Shown here piece by piece: positions 49,508 to 59,825 of a stretch of 64,000 nucleotides of DNA. The DNA comes from Gemmatimonas sp. (GTDB lineage Bacteria; Gemmatimonadota; Gemmatimonadetes; Gemmatimonadales; Gemmatimonadaceae). The stretch covers positions 4,320,001-4,384,000 of the forward strand of contig OZ257156.1 in the NCBI GenBank assembly GCA_965279375.1, in the 5' to 3' direction. Under the pieces are notes generated by a model. The model made no database searches, was not told where the DNA came from, and worked only from the letters and a program-made list of their open reading frames with translations. The position numbers and the translations under genes were made by a program. How positions within the stretch are numbered: the stretch's first letter is position 1; the number at the start of each line of letters is the position of its first letter.

Positions 49508-49539
49508 CGGCAGGTCACGAATCCTCGCCAGTCGACGCG

Positions 49540-50178
49540 CTACGCGCCAGCGCTTCCTTTCGGCGCGTCCGGCTGCCAGTGCAGCTCCCACTCGCAGAAC
49601 GCGTCTCCTTCGATGCAGCAGCGCACGTGACGGACGCGCGACCCTTCGCCACCCGCCAACTGGATGGCCTGCCGAAGTCCGCCGGTCAGTCGATTGCAGA
49701 AAATGCGCGTGATGGGATCGAAGCCGACGAGTCGCAGAACCGCGCGCCCGGCATCGTCTTCGACGACTTCCATGTCGCCCGGATGGTAGTAGAGACGAAA
49801 GAGCGACACGCTCTGCGTGAGGAACTCGCGTGGCGTCGGCTTCCGGAGAATGCCACCGTAAAGCTGCACGCCCAGCGAGTCGATGGCGTACGCGCCCGCT
49901 TCATCTGCCCATGCATCGCTTCCCGGACGTCCGCCGGCGGGCACCTCCTCGCTCGACGGAAACAGCGAGCCGGCCTCGCGCCAACACTCGACCACGTGGT
50001 GATACGGGATCTCGTCGGTCGCGGCGGCCGCTTCGATGGCACGACGCGTTTCGGGGGCAAGCGACGCCAGCACCGATGCCACCGCGTCATCCCCCAAGCG
50101 AGCAGCCACGAAGGCCAGTGTGCTGCGCACCGTCGAGCCTTTCGCCGATTGCTCGCGATTCCCGGTGAACAGGCTCAC
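49540..50178 (-). CDS. V4R / Myxococcales-type (TIGR02265-like) domain protein
   Basis: AKGSTVRSTL...C...GG...CCIEGDAFCEWELHW. Confidence 0.6.
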   Translation of the reverse strand: MSLFTGNREQSAKGSTVRSTLAFVAARLGDDAVASVLASLAPETRRAIEAAAATDEIPYHHVVECWREAGSLFPSSEEVPAGGRPGSDAWADEAGAYAIDSLGVQLYGGILRKPTPREFLTQSVSLFRLYYHPGDMEVVEDDAGRAVLRLVGFDPITRIFCNRLTGGLRQAIQLAGGEGSRVRHVRCCIEGDAFCEWELHWQPDAPKGSAGA

Positions 50179-51743
50179 GACAAAACCTCGCGCTCGATGC
50201 GCCGCATCACCGCGGCGCGATCGACCTTGCCGGATCCCAGTCGCGGAATGCTCTCAACGAAGCGCACATGCTTGGGCACCTTGTAGCCGGCGAGTCGAGA
50301 CCGGGCGTGTGCGACGAGTGCTGATTGGTCGAGCATATCCTCCGACTCCGTTTCGGATCGCCTCACCACGACAGCACATCCCACCTCGCCCCAGTGCGCG
50401 TCGGGTACGCCCACCACGCAGACGTCCGCAACCTGCGCACAGTCGAGGATGGCGGCCTCCACTTCGCCAGGGAATACGTTCTCTCCACCAGAAATGAACA
50501 TCTCCTTGCGACGTCCGCGAATGGCGAAGCAGCCATCGGCGTCGCGACGAGCGAGATCTCCGGTGCGCAGAAACCCATCGTCGGTCATCACGTCGGCCGA
50601 ACGATCGTCGGCGCGAAAGTATCCGCCAAAGAGCTGCGGCCCGCGCAACTCCAGTTCACCGATCGCGTCGTCGTGCACCAAGGTGCCGTCATCGCCGCGC
50701 AGTCGAACTTCGAGAAACGGAATCGGCCAGCCGACCGTGCCGGGACGCGCGAGCGCGGCATCGTCAGTGGTGGCGAAGCAGTTCGGGCCGCACTCCGTGA
50801 GCCCATAGCCTTCGCGAAAGCGATACCCCGCCGAGCGCACCGCGTCTTTCAGTCGCTGCGGGCACGGCGCTCCGCCGGCAATGAACCAGCGCAGGCGCGG
50901 CAGTGCACGCCCCCAGTGCTTCGACTGCGACAGCATTGCGAGTTGCGTTGGCACACCGAACGTGACGGTCACGCCGTAGCGATGGAGCGCCTCGAGATAG
51001 TCGTCAGCATCGAACCGGTCGATGAGGACCACAGCTCCTCCGCAGAACAGCAGCGGCGTCGTGAACACATTCCATCCGCCCGTGTGAAAAAACGGCGTGA
51101 CCGCGGGCCCAACATCGTCGGCACCAAGTTTCCAGCCAGTGACGGTGGCGACCGCATTGCTGAACAGCTGTCGATGCGGAATGACGACACCTTTGGGGAC
51201 ACCGGTGCTGCCGGAGGTGTAGAGCAACAGCGCGCCATCGGTCGTACGCGCCGACGGAATTTTCGCGTGCGCGATCTGCTCTCTTGCCGCGTCGTGCATC
51301 GCACGCGCGTCTCTGCTCGACACAAAATCCCGCACGCGTTCGACAGGCAGACCGACTCGCGCCAGCGCATCGCACGCCAACGCGCGATAGGGCTCCTCGG
51401 CAAGCAACAACACGGGATCGGCATCCGACAACACACGCGACAGCTCCGCCGCCGACAGTCGCCAATTGAGCGGCAACAGCATCGCGCCCGCGCGAATGCA
51501 CCCAAACAGCAGCGGGATGAACTCCGCGCGATTCTGCGCGAGCACTGCCACGCGATCGCCCACTTGCACGCCCGTTGCCAGCAGCCACGCACACCAGCGA
51601 TCGGCTTCCGCGTCTACGTCTGCATAGCTGTATTGCACTTCGGTGCGCGCATGGACGAGTGCCGTGCGTGCGCCGTCCACGCGCGCCCACCACGCCACCG
51701 GATCGAAGCGCGCGTCGCCATCGGATGCGAAGTGCGTCGTCAC
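50175..51743 (-). CDS. Acyl-CoA synthetase (MenE/FadD-like)
   Basis: YTSGSTGVPKG, GYGLTE, RTGD, SGGENVFP, YKVPK. Confidence 0.9.
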   Translation of the reverse strand: MTTHFASDGDARFDPVAWWARVDGARTALVHARTEVQYSYADVDAEADRWCAWLLATGVQVGDRVAVLAQNRAEFIPLLFGCIRAGAMLLPLNWRLSAAELSRVLSDADPVLLLAEEPYRALACDALARVGLPVERVRDFVSSRDARAMHDAAREQIAHAKIPSARTTDGALLLYTSGSTGVPKGVVIPHRQLFSNAVATVTGWKLGADDVGPAVTPFFHTGGWNVFTTPLLFCGGAVVLIDRFDADDYLEALHRYGVTVTFGVPTQLAMLSQSKHWGRALPRLRWFIAGGAPCPQRLKDAVRSAGYRFREGYGLTECGPNCFATTDDAALARPGTVGWPIPFLEVRLRGDDGTLVHDDAIGELELRGPQLFGGYFRADDRSADVMTDDGFLRTGDLARRDADGCFAIRGRRKEMFISGGENVFPGEVEAAILDCAQVADVCVVGVPDAHWGEVGCAVVVRRSETESEDMLDQSALVAHARSRLAGYKVPKHVRFVESIPRLGSGKVDRAAVMRRIEREVLS

Positions 51744-51751
51744 GCCTGCAC

Positions 51752-52885
51752 TCAGCGAGCCGCGGACATGGGGTGCGCTGCGCAGAAGCGCGCCACCACC
51801 CGACTGATGTCCGGACCATTCGCATCAGCGAAGGTGCCAGCCGTCGAGCCACCGGACCACGCATGCCCCAACTCGTCGATGCGAATGCGCACCACTTGCG
51901 CGGCGCCGCTCGCATCACGCCACTGCTGCTCACGGACCGTATAACCGTTCTCCACGCGCACAGGCTCCTCGGGGGCCTGCGTCAGTCGAGGTGCACCGGC
52001 GCGTTCACGCATCGCGTTCTGCAGCCCGACAAACTGCGCCGCGGTTTCGTCTGCGTTGCGCACGCTGACCACAGCATCCTTCACGCCATGCACCACCAAC
52101 GTCGGCACGGCACGCGCGTCATTCCCCATGGCGGCCGCCAACACATCGGGCGACGGCAACTTGTCGCCGGCCCCCTTCTGCATCACAGAGAGCGCGCCGC
52201 CAAGATCTGTCGCGCCCTTCCACGGAATGCCCGACGCGCTGGTCAGTGTGGCGAACTGCTCGGGATACGCGGCGACGGTCAGCGTGGCCATTGCCGCGCC
52301 AGCCGAAATGCCGATCAAGTGCACCTGCCGTGCGTCCACGCCGTACTTCGACACGATCTCCGCGGTCATCGCGGAGAGAATCGCGGGCTCACCGTGTCCA
52401 CGTTCCTGATGCGCCGTGTCGAACCAGTTCCAGCATCCTCGCGCATTCGCGGCTGGCGTCTGCTCCGGATAGAGCACGAGAAACCCTTGCTCCTGCGCGA
52501 CGGCGTCCATCCGCGTGCCAGCGGCGATGTCATTAGCGTTCTGCGTGCATCCATGCAGGATCACCAACAGCATCGGTGAGGTGCGCGCGCCAGTCGGGAT
52601 GAATAGTCGCCACGGCCGAGCGCCGGCGGCGCCGACAAAGTTGCCGCGTACCACGTCACCCGCCGCTGCCGCGCCCGCCGATTCCGCGCCAGTCGATTCC
52701 GCGTCAGTCGAATTCGCCGTCTCCGTCATCTGCTGCTCCTGCCTGCGAAGGATATCTGCACGCGGCACGATCGCATGCGCTACGGTTCGCGCCCGTGTCT
52801 GCGCCGACGTCCGGCTCGCCGAGGCAACCATCCCCCCGACGAGCAGCACGCCATACCACCACGACTGCGCAGCACGCTCGCGCAT
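51752..52885 (-). CDS. Secreted PHB-depolymerase-family esterase (LpqC-like)
   Basis: LHGCTQ, CWNWF, GISAGAAM, HAWSGG; signal peptide. Confidence 0.88.
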   Translation of the reverse strand: MRERAAQSWWYGVLLVGGMVASASRTSAQTRARTVAHAIVPRADILRRQEQQMTETANSTDAESTGAESAGAAAAGDVVRGNFVGAAGARPWRLFIPTGARTSPMLLVILHGCTQNANDIAAGTRMDAVAQEQGFLVLYPEQTPAANARGCWNWFDTAHQERGHGEPAILSAMTAEIVSKYGVDARQVHLIGISAGAAMATLTVAAYPEQFATLTSASGIPWKGATDLGGALSVMQKGAGDKLPSPDVLAAAMGNDARAVPTLVVHGVKDAVVSVRNADETAAQFVGLQNAMRERAGAPRLTQAPEEPVRVENGYTVREQQWRDASGAAQVVRIRIDELGHAWSGGSTAGTFADANGPDISRVVARFCAAHPMSAAR

Positions 52886-52891
52886 CAATCC

Positions 52892-55450
52892 TCAGCGGTC
52901 GAAGCGGACGCCGAGGAACGCCATCGAGCCAAGGGCCGGCATGTTGAGCAGTTCGATGTGCTTGCGTCCCAGACCGCAGCCCCACCCCTGGCTGTACGTC
53001 GCCGGCAGGGCGGCGTTGAGATAGATGGGCGGCGTGGAGCGACCGCTGGTGCAGGCGAAGAGATTCTGCACCGAGAGGTTGACCGTCGTGCCGGACGTGA
53101 TGCGCTTGCCCACGTTGAAGTCGAAGGCGAGCAGGCCGGGAATGCGACCCGAGTGCACGCCCGACTGAAACTGGTAGTCCTTGACGAAGCGCAGCGTGAA
53201 GCCGCCAAAGGTCGCCATTGGCAGGTCACGCGCGTCCATGCCTACCGTGGCCTTCATCGTCGGGCTATTGAGCGCCGTCGCTTCCGCCGGGTCACCCGGC
53301 TTCTGGATGATGGAGTCCAGCTTGAGCACACTGAACGTACCCGACGCGTTCACCTTGTTCGTCACCGCATAGCGAACACCGGCGTCGATGCCGCTGAGCG
53401 TCGCCTGACCGAGGTTGTAGTAGGTAAGCGCGATCTGCTCAGCGCCCTGCGCGTTGGTGTACTTGGTGTTCGTGGCAGTGTTGTACGCAAAGGTGCCAGC
53501 AAACGGGTTGGCCACCACAACCAACGGGCTCAGGAACGACTTGTAGTTCGCGATGTAGCCAGCCACGTCCACATACAGGCGGTCGTGCATCACACCCTTG
53601 TAGCCGATTTCCACCGTGTTGTTCACTTCCGGCACCACGGGCGAGAAGGTGCGGAGCACCGTGCCCGCGGCGTTCTTGATCGTCGTGCCGTCCTTGTTGC
53701 CAAAGACACCCACGCTCGGGCTGAAGTCGCGGAAGTAGAAGCTCGTCGCCAGGATCGACGGCGACTTGAACGCGCGGTTGAAGGTCAGTCGGAAGGTGCT
53801 GTTCTCGTCCGGCGAGATGACAAGTGCCGCCTTCGGGCTGAACTGCGGATCGTAGAACTCCGGGTTGTCGTACCGCGCACCGAAAATGAGCTTCGTGATC
53901 GGATTGACCTGCGTCTCCGTTTGCGCGTAGACACCCACCTGATTGAGCACGATGTCTTCCTTCGTCAGCGCATCGGTCAGCCACACTTCCTTGGAGCTCA
54001 CCTGATCGCGACGCACCTGCACACCTCCGATGATGCGCGTGTTGAAGAGGCGGCGCACTGTGGTGTTGCCCTGCACTTCCGCGGCAGCCAATCGTCCATC
54101 GGCAGGGAATGCGGAGAGCTTCTTCACCGAGTCATCGCTGAAGCCGGTGAGACGCGGCGCGAGCCGATTGGTGGAGAAACCGTTGAGCGCGTACGTCTGT
54201 CCGGACAACGAGCGCGTGGCATAGGCCTGCGCAAACCAGTGATCCGACGTGAAGCGCACCTGCTGGTTCCAGTAGCCCCAGTTCTTGAGCTGGTTGCGAC
54301 CGGCGCTCGTCACGCCGATACCATTGCTGTTGCTGGCACCGCCCTGATACTCGAGGCGCGCGCCTTTGTCGAAGTAGTAGACCAGTGCGCCTGATGCGCG
54401 CCGGTAGCTCGTGCCCCAATCCGGCGCGATCTCGGGCGACGGTGTCGTACGCGGAGCGACGGGCGCATAGTTGTTCGTGTTCTGCCAGTCACGCGCGTAC
54501 AGCGCTTCACCCGTGATCTTGTATCCCAGCTTTCCCCACATGCCCGCATAGCGCCCCTGCACGTCGGAGTAGCTCACGCGTCCCGGTGAGTTGGCAAACC
54601 AGTCACCCATGCGGCCGCCGTTCGAACCCAACGACGTCTCCATCGTCAGCCCCTGATACTGCTTGGGGTCCTTGCTGAGCAGCGTGACGACACCATTGGA
54701 CGCATCAGGGCCGTACAACGCCGCGCCCGGGCCGATCAGCACTTCCACGCCGGCGATGTCGATCTTGGGGATCGTCGTGAACACGCCAACCGGCAGACCG
54801 TTCTCTGGAAGCACCGCGACCCGGTTGTCTTCCATCTGCAGCATGCGGTTGTTGAACGCGCTGTTGAACCCGCGCGCGTTGATGCCCGCCGCGGCGATGC
54901 CGGTCTGGAAGAAGTCCACGCCCTTCACTTCCTTGAGCGCGCCCGTGAACGAATTGCCGACCGAATAGCGAATCTGATCCGCGTCGATGCGCGTGATCGT
55001 CGCGGGTGCGTCGGTGATCTTCTCCACGCGACGCGAGGCGGACACGACGTATCCGCCCAACTGCAGCGCCGTGGCGTTCAGCGTCGCATTCAGCGTCGCC
55101 TCTGCGCCATCCTTCACTTCAACATTCTCGAAGACGCGCGCCTTGGCTCCAATGCGTTGCACGCGAACGGTGTAGCTGCCGCTTGGCAATCCAATCACGC
55201 GATAGCGGCCGTCCATCCCGGTCGTGCTGCCGAAACGCGTACCGACCAATGTGACCTGCGCGCCCGGTAGCGGATGCTTGGCGCTGTCGGAGACGAAGCC
55301 GGCAAGGACGCCAGTCTGCGCTTGCACTGCCGCAGGAATGGCGAGTAAGGGCACTGCGAGCAAAGACATCAGCCGCGCGCGGCTGCGCGCAAAGAGGCGC
55401 CGCGCGTTCGCTTGTTCAGCGAGCAACGGGAACGGACGAGGAATGGACAT
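52892..55450 (-). CDS. TonB-dependent receptor with an N-terminal carboxypeptidase-regulatory-like domain
   Basis: VVSASRR TonB-box-like segment; plug NARGFNS...GPGAALYG; beta-barrel ending in an aromatic residue. Confidence 0.92.
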   Translation of the reverse strand: MSIPRPFPLLAEQANARRLFARSRARLMSLLAVPLLAIPAAVQAQTGVLAGFVSDSAKHPLPGAQVTLVGTRFGSTTGMDGRYRVIGLPSGSYTVRVQRIGAKARVFENVEVKDGAEATLNATLNATALQLGGYVVSASRRVEKITDAPATITRIDADQIRYSVGNSFTGALKEVKGVDFFQTGIAAAGINARGFNSAFNNRMLQMEDNRVAVLPENGLPVGVFTTIPKIDIAGVEVLIGPGAALYGPDASNGVVTLLSKDPKQYQGLTMETSLGSNGGRMGDWFANSPGRVSYSDVQGRYAGMWGKLGYKITGEALYARDWQNTNNYAPVAPRTTPSPEIAPDWGTSYRRASGALVYYFDKGARLEYQGGASNSNGIGVTSAGRNQLKNWGYWNQQVRFTSDHWFAQAYATRSLSGQTYALNGFSTNRLAPRLTGFSDDSVKKLSAFPADGRLAAAEVQGNTTVRRLFNTRIIGGVQVRRDQVSSKEVWLTDALTKEDIVLNQVGVYAQTETQVNPITKLIFGARYDNPEFYDPQFSPKAALVISPDENSTFRLTFNRAFKSPSILATSFYFRDFSPSVGVFGNKDGTTIKNAAGTVLRTFSPVVPEVNNTVEIGYKGVMHDRLYVDVAGYIANYKSFLSPLVVVANPFAGTFAYNTATNTKYTNAQGAEQIALTYYNLGQATLSGIDAGVRYAVTNKVNASGTFSVLKLDSIIQKPGDPAEATALNSPTMKATVGMDARDLPMATFGGFTLRFVKDYQFQSGVHSGRIPGLLAFDFNVGKRITSGTTVNLSVQNLFACTSGRSTPPIYLNAALPATYSQGWGCGLGRKHIELLNMPALGSMAFLGVRFDR

Positions 55451-55564
55451 GCGGAGGTCTCCAAGGAAGGAACTGCGGACGGACAGACAGAGAGGAGAGT
55501 CGGTATCGGGAAGCGACGTTGCCCCCGAGGGCAGAGCGGCGTCGAAGTTCGAGTTGAGCGGCAG

Positions 55565-55996
55565 TCAGTCCTCCTTGGGCAGGAGGATCAGCGCTTCACC
55601 ATCGACCACGGCTTCTCCACGCTGATTGCGCACGCTCGTGGCGAGTCGCACGCGACGCTTGGTTTCGAACAACTCGACAATCTCGACACGCGTCGTCACG
55701 CTGTCGCCAATGAGCACGGGACGCAGAAACCGGAGCGACTGCGACATGTAGATGGAGCCAGGCCCCGGCAACTCGGCGGCGATGATCGCCGAGATGAACC
55801 CACCCGACAGCATGCCGTGCGCGATCCTCGCGCCGAAACGGCTGCTGCGCGCGAACTCCTCGTCGAGGTGCACCGGATTCGTATCACCCGTGACGGTCGC
55901 GAAGAGCACGACATCGGTATCCGTGACGGTGTGCGTGCGCGACGCACTCTGGCCCACGGCTAGCGACGCGAAGCGATCCACTGCAGAAGCGCTCAT
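55565..55996 (-). CDS. MaoC-family (R)-specific enoyl-CoA hydratase (PhaJ-like)
   Basis: FATVTGDTNPVHLD...RIAHGML...LPGPGSIY. Confidence 0.9.
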   Translation of the reverse strand: MSASAVDRFASLAVGQSASRTHTVTDTDVVLFATVTGDTNPVHLDEEFARSSRFGARIAHGMLSGGFISAIIAAELPGPGSIYMSQSLRFLRPVLIGDSVTTRVEIVELFETKRRVRLATSVRNQRGEAVVDGEALILLPKED

Positions 55997-56002
55997 TGAA
56001 TG

Positions 56003-57529
56003 TCAGGCCTCCATGACGGCGCGTACGTCAGCGGCGAGCGTCGCCGCGGCTGTGTGGCGCGTGAACCAGGATACGATCAGAAAGACCAGCAACGACGCGA
56101 CGAGCGCGATCGCGGTCGCCGTCACACCAGAGGGGAAAGCGAACACCTTGAAGAACGCGAGTGACTCGAGCGAGAGCGTGATGACAAGACCCGTCACGAT
56201 GGAGGCGATGGCACCGGCACGCGTCGCCCCCTGCCAGTTGAGACCGATCGCCAGCGCCGGCCCAAGCGTCGAAGCAAAGAGCCCCCAGCCGAAGACGCCG
56301 AGAAACGCGACCAGCGTGCCGGATGCCTGCGCGACGGCAGCCGCAACAAGCGTGATGACCACGGTCCAGATGCGTCCCCAGCGCAGCTCATTCGACACGC
56401 GTCGTCCGAGTGCGACGGGGAGATCGTGCGTGAGCGCGGCCGCACCGATGCTCATGAACGAGTTGACCGTGCTCATGATGGCGGCCGCTACACTCGAGAA
56501 CACGATGGCCGCGAGCGGGAGCGGCGTGAAGCGCAACAGGAACGTGGGCGTTGCGTCATCCGGCGTCGCCAATGCGGGCGACGCACCGCTCAGCACGAGT
56601 GACTTCATCGCCAGTCCAACGCCGACGAACAGCAACAGCGTCAGCGTGAGCGCGAACGTCATGAGCAGCGGGAACCACTTGAGTCGACGCGCGTCGCGGA
56701 GCATGAAGAACTTGTGCGCCACGTGCGGCTGTCCCAACGACCCGAAGCCGAACACGAAGTAGAACGACAGCGCGGCCAGCGGCGACAACTTTCCCCATGG
56801 CGACAACAGCGCGCCGTCCTGCGCCATGATGACATGCGAGATGCCTGACATGCCACCGCCCACCTGCATCGCAAAGGCAAACACCAACAGCGATGCAACG
56901 GCCATCAGCAGCCCTTGAAACACATCGTTGTAAATGCCGGCGAGAATTCCGCCCGACACCGAGTACGCGAGCACGATGATCGTGCCAATCCAGATCGCCG
57001 GACCGCGTCCAATGCCGAAGATGGCATCGATCACAAGTCCCAGTGCCAGCAGATTCGTGGCCATGTAGCCGATCACGGCCAGCACGATCGCGAGCCCCGA
57101 CAGCCCTTGCGCCGCGCGCGAATCGAAACGCGCGGCGATCGCATCGGGAATCGTGATCATCTCACGCACTTCCGCGAGCAGTCGCAACCGCTTGGCCAGC
57201 ACCCACGCGCCCATTGAGTTGGTGAGGGCAACGGGCAGGATGATGAAGACCGCGCCCAACCCGAGCGAGTAGACAAGCCCGGGACCACCGATGAAGGCGA
57301 AGCCCGAGAGCGTTGCCGCCATCGATGCGATCGCCAACGTGAACAGGCCAATACCCTGTCCGGCCACGAAGAAATCCGACGCCGATTTGGTCTTGCGCGT
57401 CGCCCACACGCCGATCGCGGCGACGATCGCGAAGTACGCGATCGCCACTCCGCCGATCACCGGCTGGGCGAGCGGCGGCATCGCGTTCGTCTGCAGCAAC
57501 GCCGTCAGAACGGGCAGCGAAAAGCTCAC
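56003..57529 (-). CDS. Sodium:solute symporter (SSS)
   Basis: SDFFVAG, SGFAFIGGPG, GQPH, AAIMST; many TM helices. Confidence 0.9.
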   Translation of the reverse strand: MSFSLPVLTALLQTNAMPPLAQPVIGGVAIAYFAIVAAIGVWATRKTKSASDFFVAGQGIGLFTLAIASMAATLSGFAFIGGPGLVYSLGLGAVFIILPVALTNSMGAWVLAKRLRLLAEVREMITIPDAIAARFDSRAAQGLSGLAIVLAVIGYMATNLLALGLVIDAIFGIGRGPAIWIGTIIVLAYSVSGGILAGIYNDVFQGLLMAVASLLVFAFAMQVGGGMSGISHVIMAQDGALLSPWGKLSPLAALSFYFVFGFGSLGQPHVAHKFFMLRDARRLKWFPLLMTFALTLTLLLFVGVGLAMKSLVLSGASPALATPDDATPTFLLRFTPLPLAAIVFSSVAAAIMSTVNSFMSIGAAALTHDLPVALGRRVSNELRWGRIWTVVITLVAAAVAQASGTLVAFLGVFGWGLFASTLGPALAIGLNWQGATRAGAIASIVTGLVITLSLESLAFFKVFAFPSGVTATAIALVASLLVFLIVSWFTRHTAAATLAADVRAVMEA

Positions 57530-58044
57530 GAGTGGCCCCCGCCCGTCCGGGCCGCTCCGTCATTGAGCGATGCGCGCCGGGCCGCACGCACACGATCGAT
57601 GTCCGCGTCGGACAGCGTCAGCGCGTCGAACGTGAACGCATACGCAAGCGGCAGTACGAAGAGCGGCAGCAAGCCAACACCGTAGAGAATCACGGCGGCT
57701 CTACGCGGCAGGCCAAGCCAGTACACGCCGTCGGCGGTGTCAGGTGGCAGCGCGAGCGCTAGCACGAAGCCACCCGCGATCAGCACGAACACCAACAGAA
57801 ACGGAACGACCAGCGAACCGAGGCGGCGCCCGGTCCGGACAGCGCCAAGCGTCATGGTGGCGATCATCGCGACCGGCAGCGCCACGGCCATCACCCAAGC
57901 ACCTTTCGCAGCGACCGCGGCCCCCGCGAACGCACTGGCGTACCCGACCGCGATGCCCAGCGTACCAAACAACAGCGCGTACGCGGCGACCATCCGCACA
58001 CCGGACAGTCGTTCGATGGGAGAACTCTTCAGTTCAACGTTCAT
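57526..58044 (-). CDS. Small membrane protein preceding the SSS transporter
   Basis: Four hydrophobic segments; translationally coupled on both sides. Confidence 0.7.
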   Translation of the reverse strand: MNVELKSSPIERLSGVRMVAAYALLFGTLGIAVGYASAFAGAAVAAKGAWVMAVALPVAMIATMTLGAVRTGRRLGSLVVPFLLVFVLIAGGFVLALALPPDTADGVYWLGLPRRAAVILYGVGLLPLFVLPLAYAFTFDALTLSDADIDRVRAARRASLNDGAARTGGGHS

Positions 58045-59825
58045 GCGTACAGCCGGTCGAGTGTGTCCGCGTATCGCGTGGCAATCACCTCGCGAATGAT
58101 CTTCGACGTAGGCGTCAGCTCGCCGCTCTGCGTCGTGAATGCTTGCTCCGTCACGGCAAACGCCTGCACACGATCGGTGCGCGCGAGCGTTGCGTTCACA
58201 GCGTCGACCGCCGCTTGCAGCTGGGCGCGCAACTCGGGCGCCTCCACCAGCGCAGGCCACGTACTCGGACGCTGGAGCTCCTGCGCCGCCCATGACTGCA
58301 CCAAGTCGCGGCGGAGCGATAGCAACGCGACCAGATACTTTCGTCCTTCTCCGAAACACACCGCGTGCTCGATGAGCGGCGTTGCACAGAGGGCCGCCTC
58401 GATCGGCACAGGCGCGACCTTGCGGCCGTTCGAAAGTGCGATCAGCTCCTTCACGCGACCAACGATGCGCAAGAAGCCATCGGCGTCCTGCTCCACGAGA
58501 TCACCAGTCCGCAACCAGACGCCGTCCTCGGTGAACGCCGCCTCCGTCGCCGCGGCGTTCCGCCAGTAGCCACTGAACGTCAACGCACTGCGACGCACCA
58601 AAAGCTCGCCGTCCGAAGCCACGCGGACCTCGGTGCCGAGCATCGGCATACCCACGCCGGTCGCACGTGGATCGTTGACGGTGTTCATGGCGAGACAGAG
58701 ATGCTCCGTTTGACCATACGCACCTACCACGGGCAATCCGAGTTGCCGCAGCGCATCCGCCACGGCTACCGGCATCGCGGCACCGCCCGAAGTTGCGAGA
58801 CGACAGCGGCTCCCAATTCGCGACACGATCGCGTCGCGAGGATTATCGCCATCCCGCCGCGCCAACTCCGCCGCCTCGTACAAGCGCTCGAACATGCGCG
58901 GCAGCCCACCAAAGAGCGTGGGCTGATAGTCGTGGGCCACGCGAAACACGTCACTCGGCTCCTCGACCAACGCGGCGCTCATTCCGGTCCACACGCGCAC
59001 GCACTGACCGAAGACGCGTTCGGCGGCGTGCGAGAACGGAAGAAACGACAATCCGCGATCGATCGCAGTGAGCTCGAGGCGCTCTGTGATCGAGATCGCC
59101 GAGGCGGCGAGGTAGCGATGCGAGATGCAGGCTCCCTTGGGAATGCCCGTGGAGCCCGACGTGTAGATCAGCGCGGCGATGTCATCGAGCGTGACGGCAT
59201 CGCTCCGCGCTTCGAGCTGCCGCGAGAGCGATGAATCATTCTGAAGCGCGTTGCGTCCTTCGTTGCACCAGACCTCCCAGTGCTGCACGCGCACGGTTCC
59301 CGCGTGCTCGTTCGCTTCGCTAGATGCGAGCCACGCGTTCCACTCTCTCTCAGGTACGTCGCAGACGATGAGCCCCTTCGCATCGCGCTCGGCGAGTGCG
59401 CCAGCAACGACTGGCACGTGCGCGAGATCGTCAAGCAATACGACGCCAACATCGGCATCACGCAGCAGCTGCGTGATTTGCGATGGAGCGCTGCCCGGAT
59501 AGATGCCTACACCGATCGATCCGATGCGCTGAATGGCCATGTCCGCAATCGGCCACATGGGTCGATTGCGCGAGAGGACCGCGACGCGATCTCCGTGCTT
59601 CACGCCAGCCATCAGCAGTGCCGAGGCGGCAGCACGCGTCGCATCGCCCCACGCCCCCCAGCTGAAGGTCGCGGAAGGACGCGACGCGCCCGCGGGGTAC
59701 ACGGCCAACGCGATCCGATCGGGTTCAGTGAGTGCGCGCTGCATGAACTGATGGACCAGCGGTCGCAGACCCGGAAACAGGTCAGTGGTTGGCAGCGCGA
59801 CTTCGCTCGTCATGCCGCTCGTCAT
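58041..59825 (-). CDS. Long-chain acyl-CoA synthetase (AMP-dependent)
   Basis: YTSGSTGIPKG, AYGQTE, LRTGD, ELTPTSK. Confidence 0.9.
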   Translation of the reverse strand: MTSGMTSEVALPTTDLFPGLRPLVHQFMQRALTEPDRIALAVYPAGASRPSATFSWGAWGDATRAAASALLMAGVKHGDRVAVLSRNRPMWPIADMAIQRIGSIGVGIYPGSAPSQITQLLRDADVGVVLLDDLAHVPVVAGALAERDAKGLIVCDVPEREWNAWLASSEANEHAGTVRVQHWEVWCNEGRNALQNDSSLSRQLEARSDAVTLDDIAALIYTSGSTGIPKGACISHRYLAASAISITERLELTAIDRGLSFLPFSHAAERVFGQCVRVWTGMSAALVEEPSDVFRVAHDYQPTLFGGLPRMFERLYEAAELARRDGDNPRDAIVSRIGSRCRLATSGGAAMPVAVADALRQLGLPVVGAYGQTEHLCLAMNTVNDPRATGVGMPMLGTEVRVASDGELLVRRSALTFSGYWRNAAATEAAFTEDGVWLRTGDLVEQDADGFLRIVGRVKELIALSNGRKVAPVPIEAALCATPLIEHAVCFGEGRKYLVALLSLRRDLVQSWAAQELQRPSTWPALVEAPELRAQLQAAVDAVNATLARTDRVQAFAVTEQAFTTQSGELTPTSKIIREVIATRYADTLDRLYA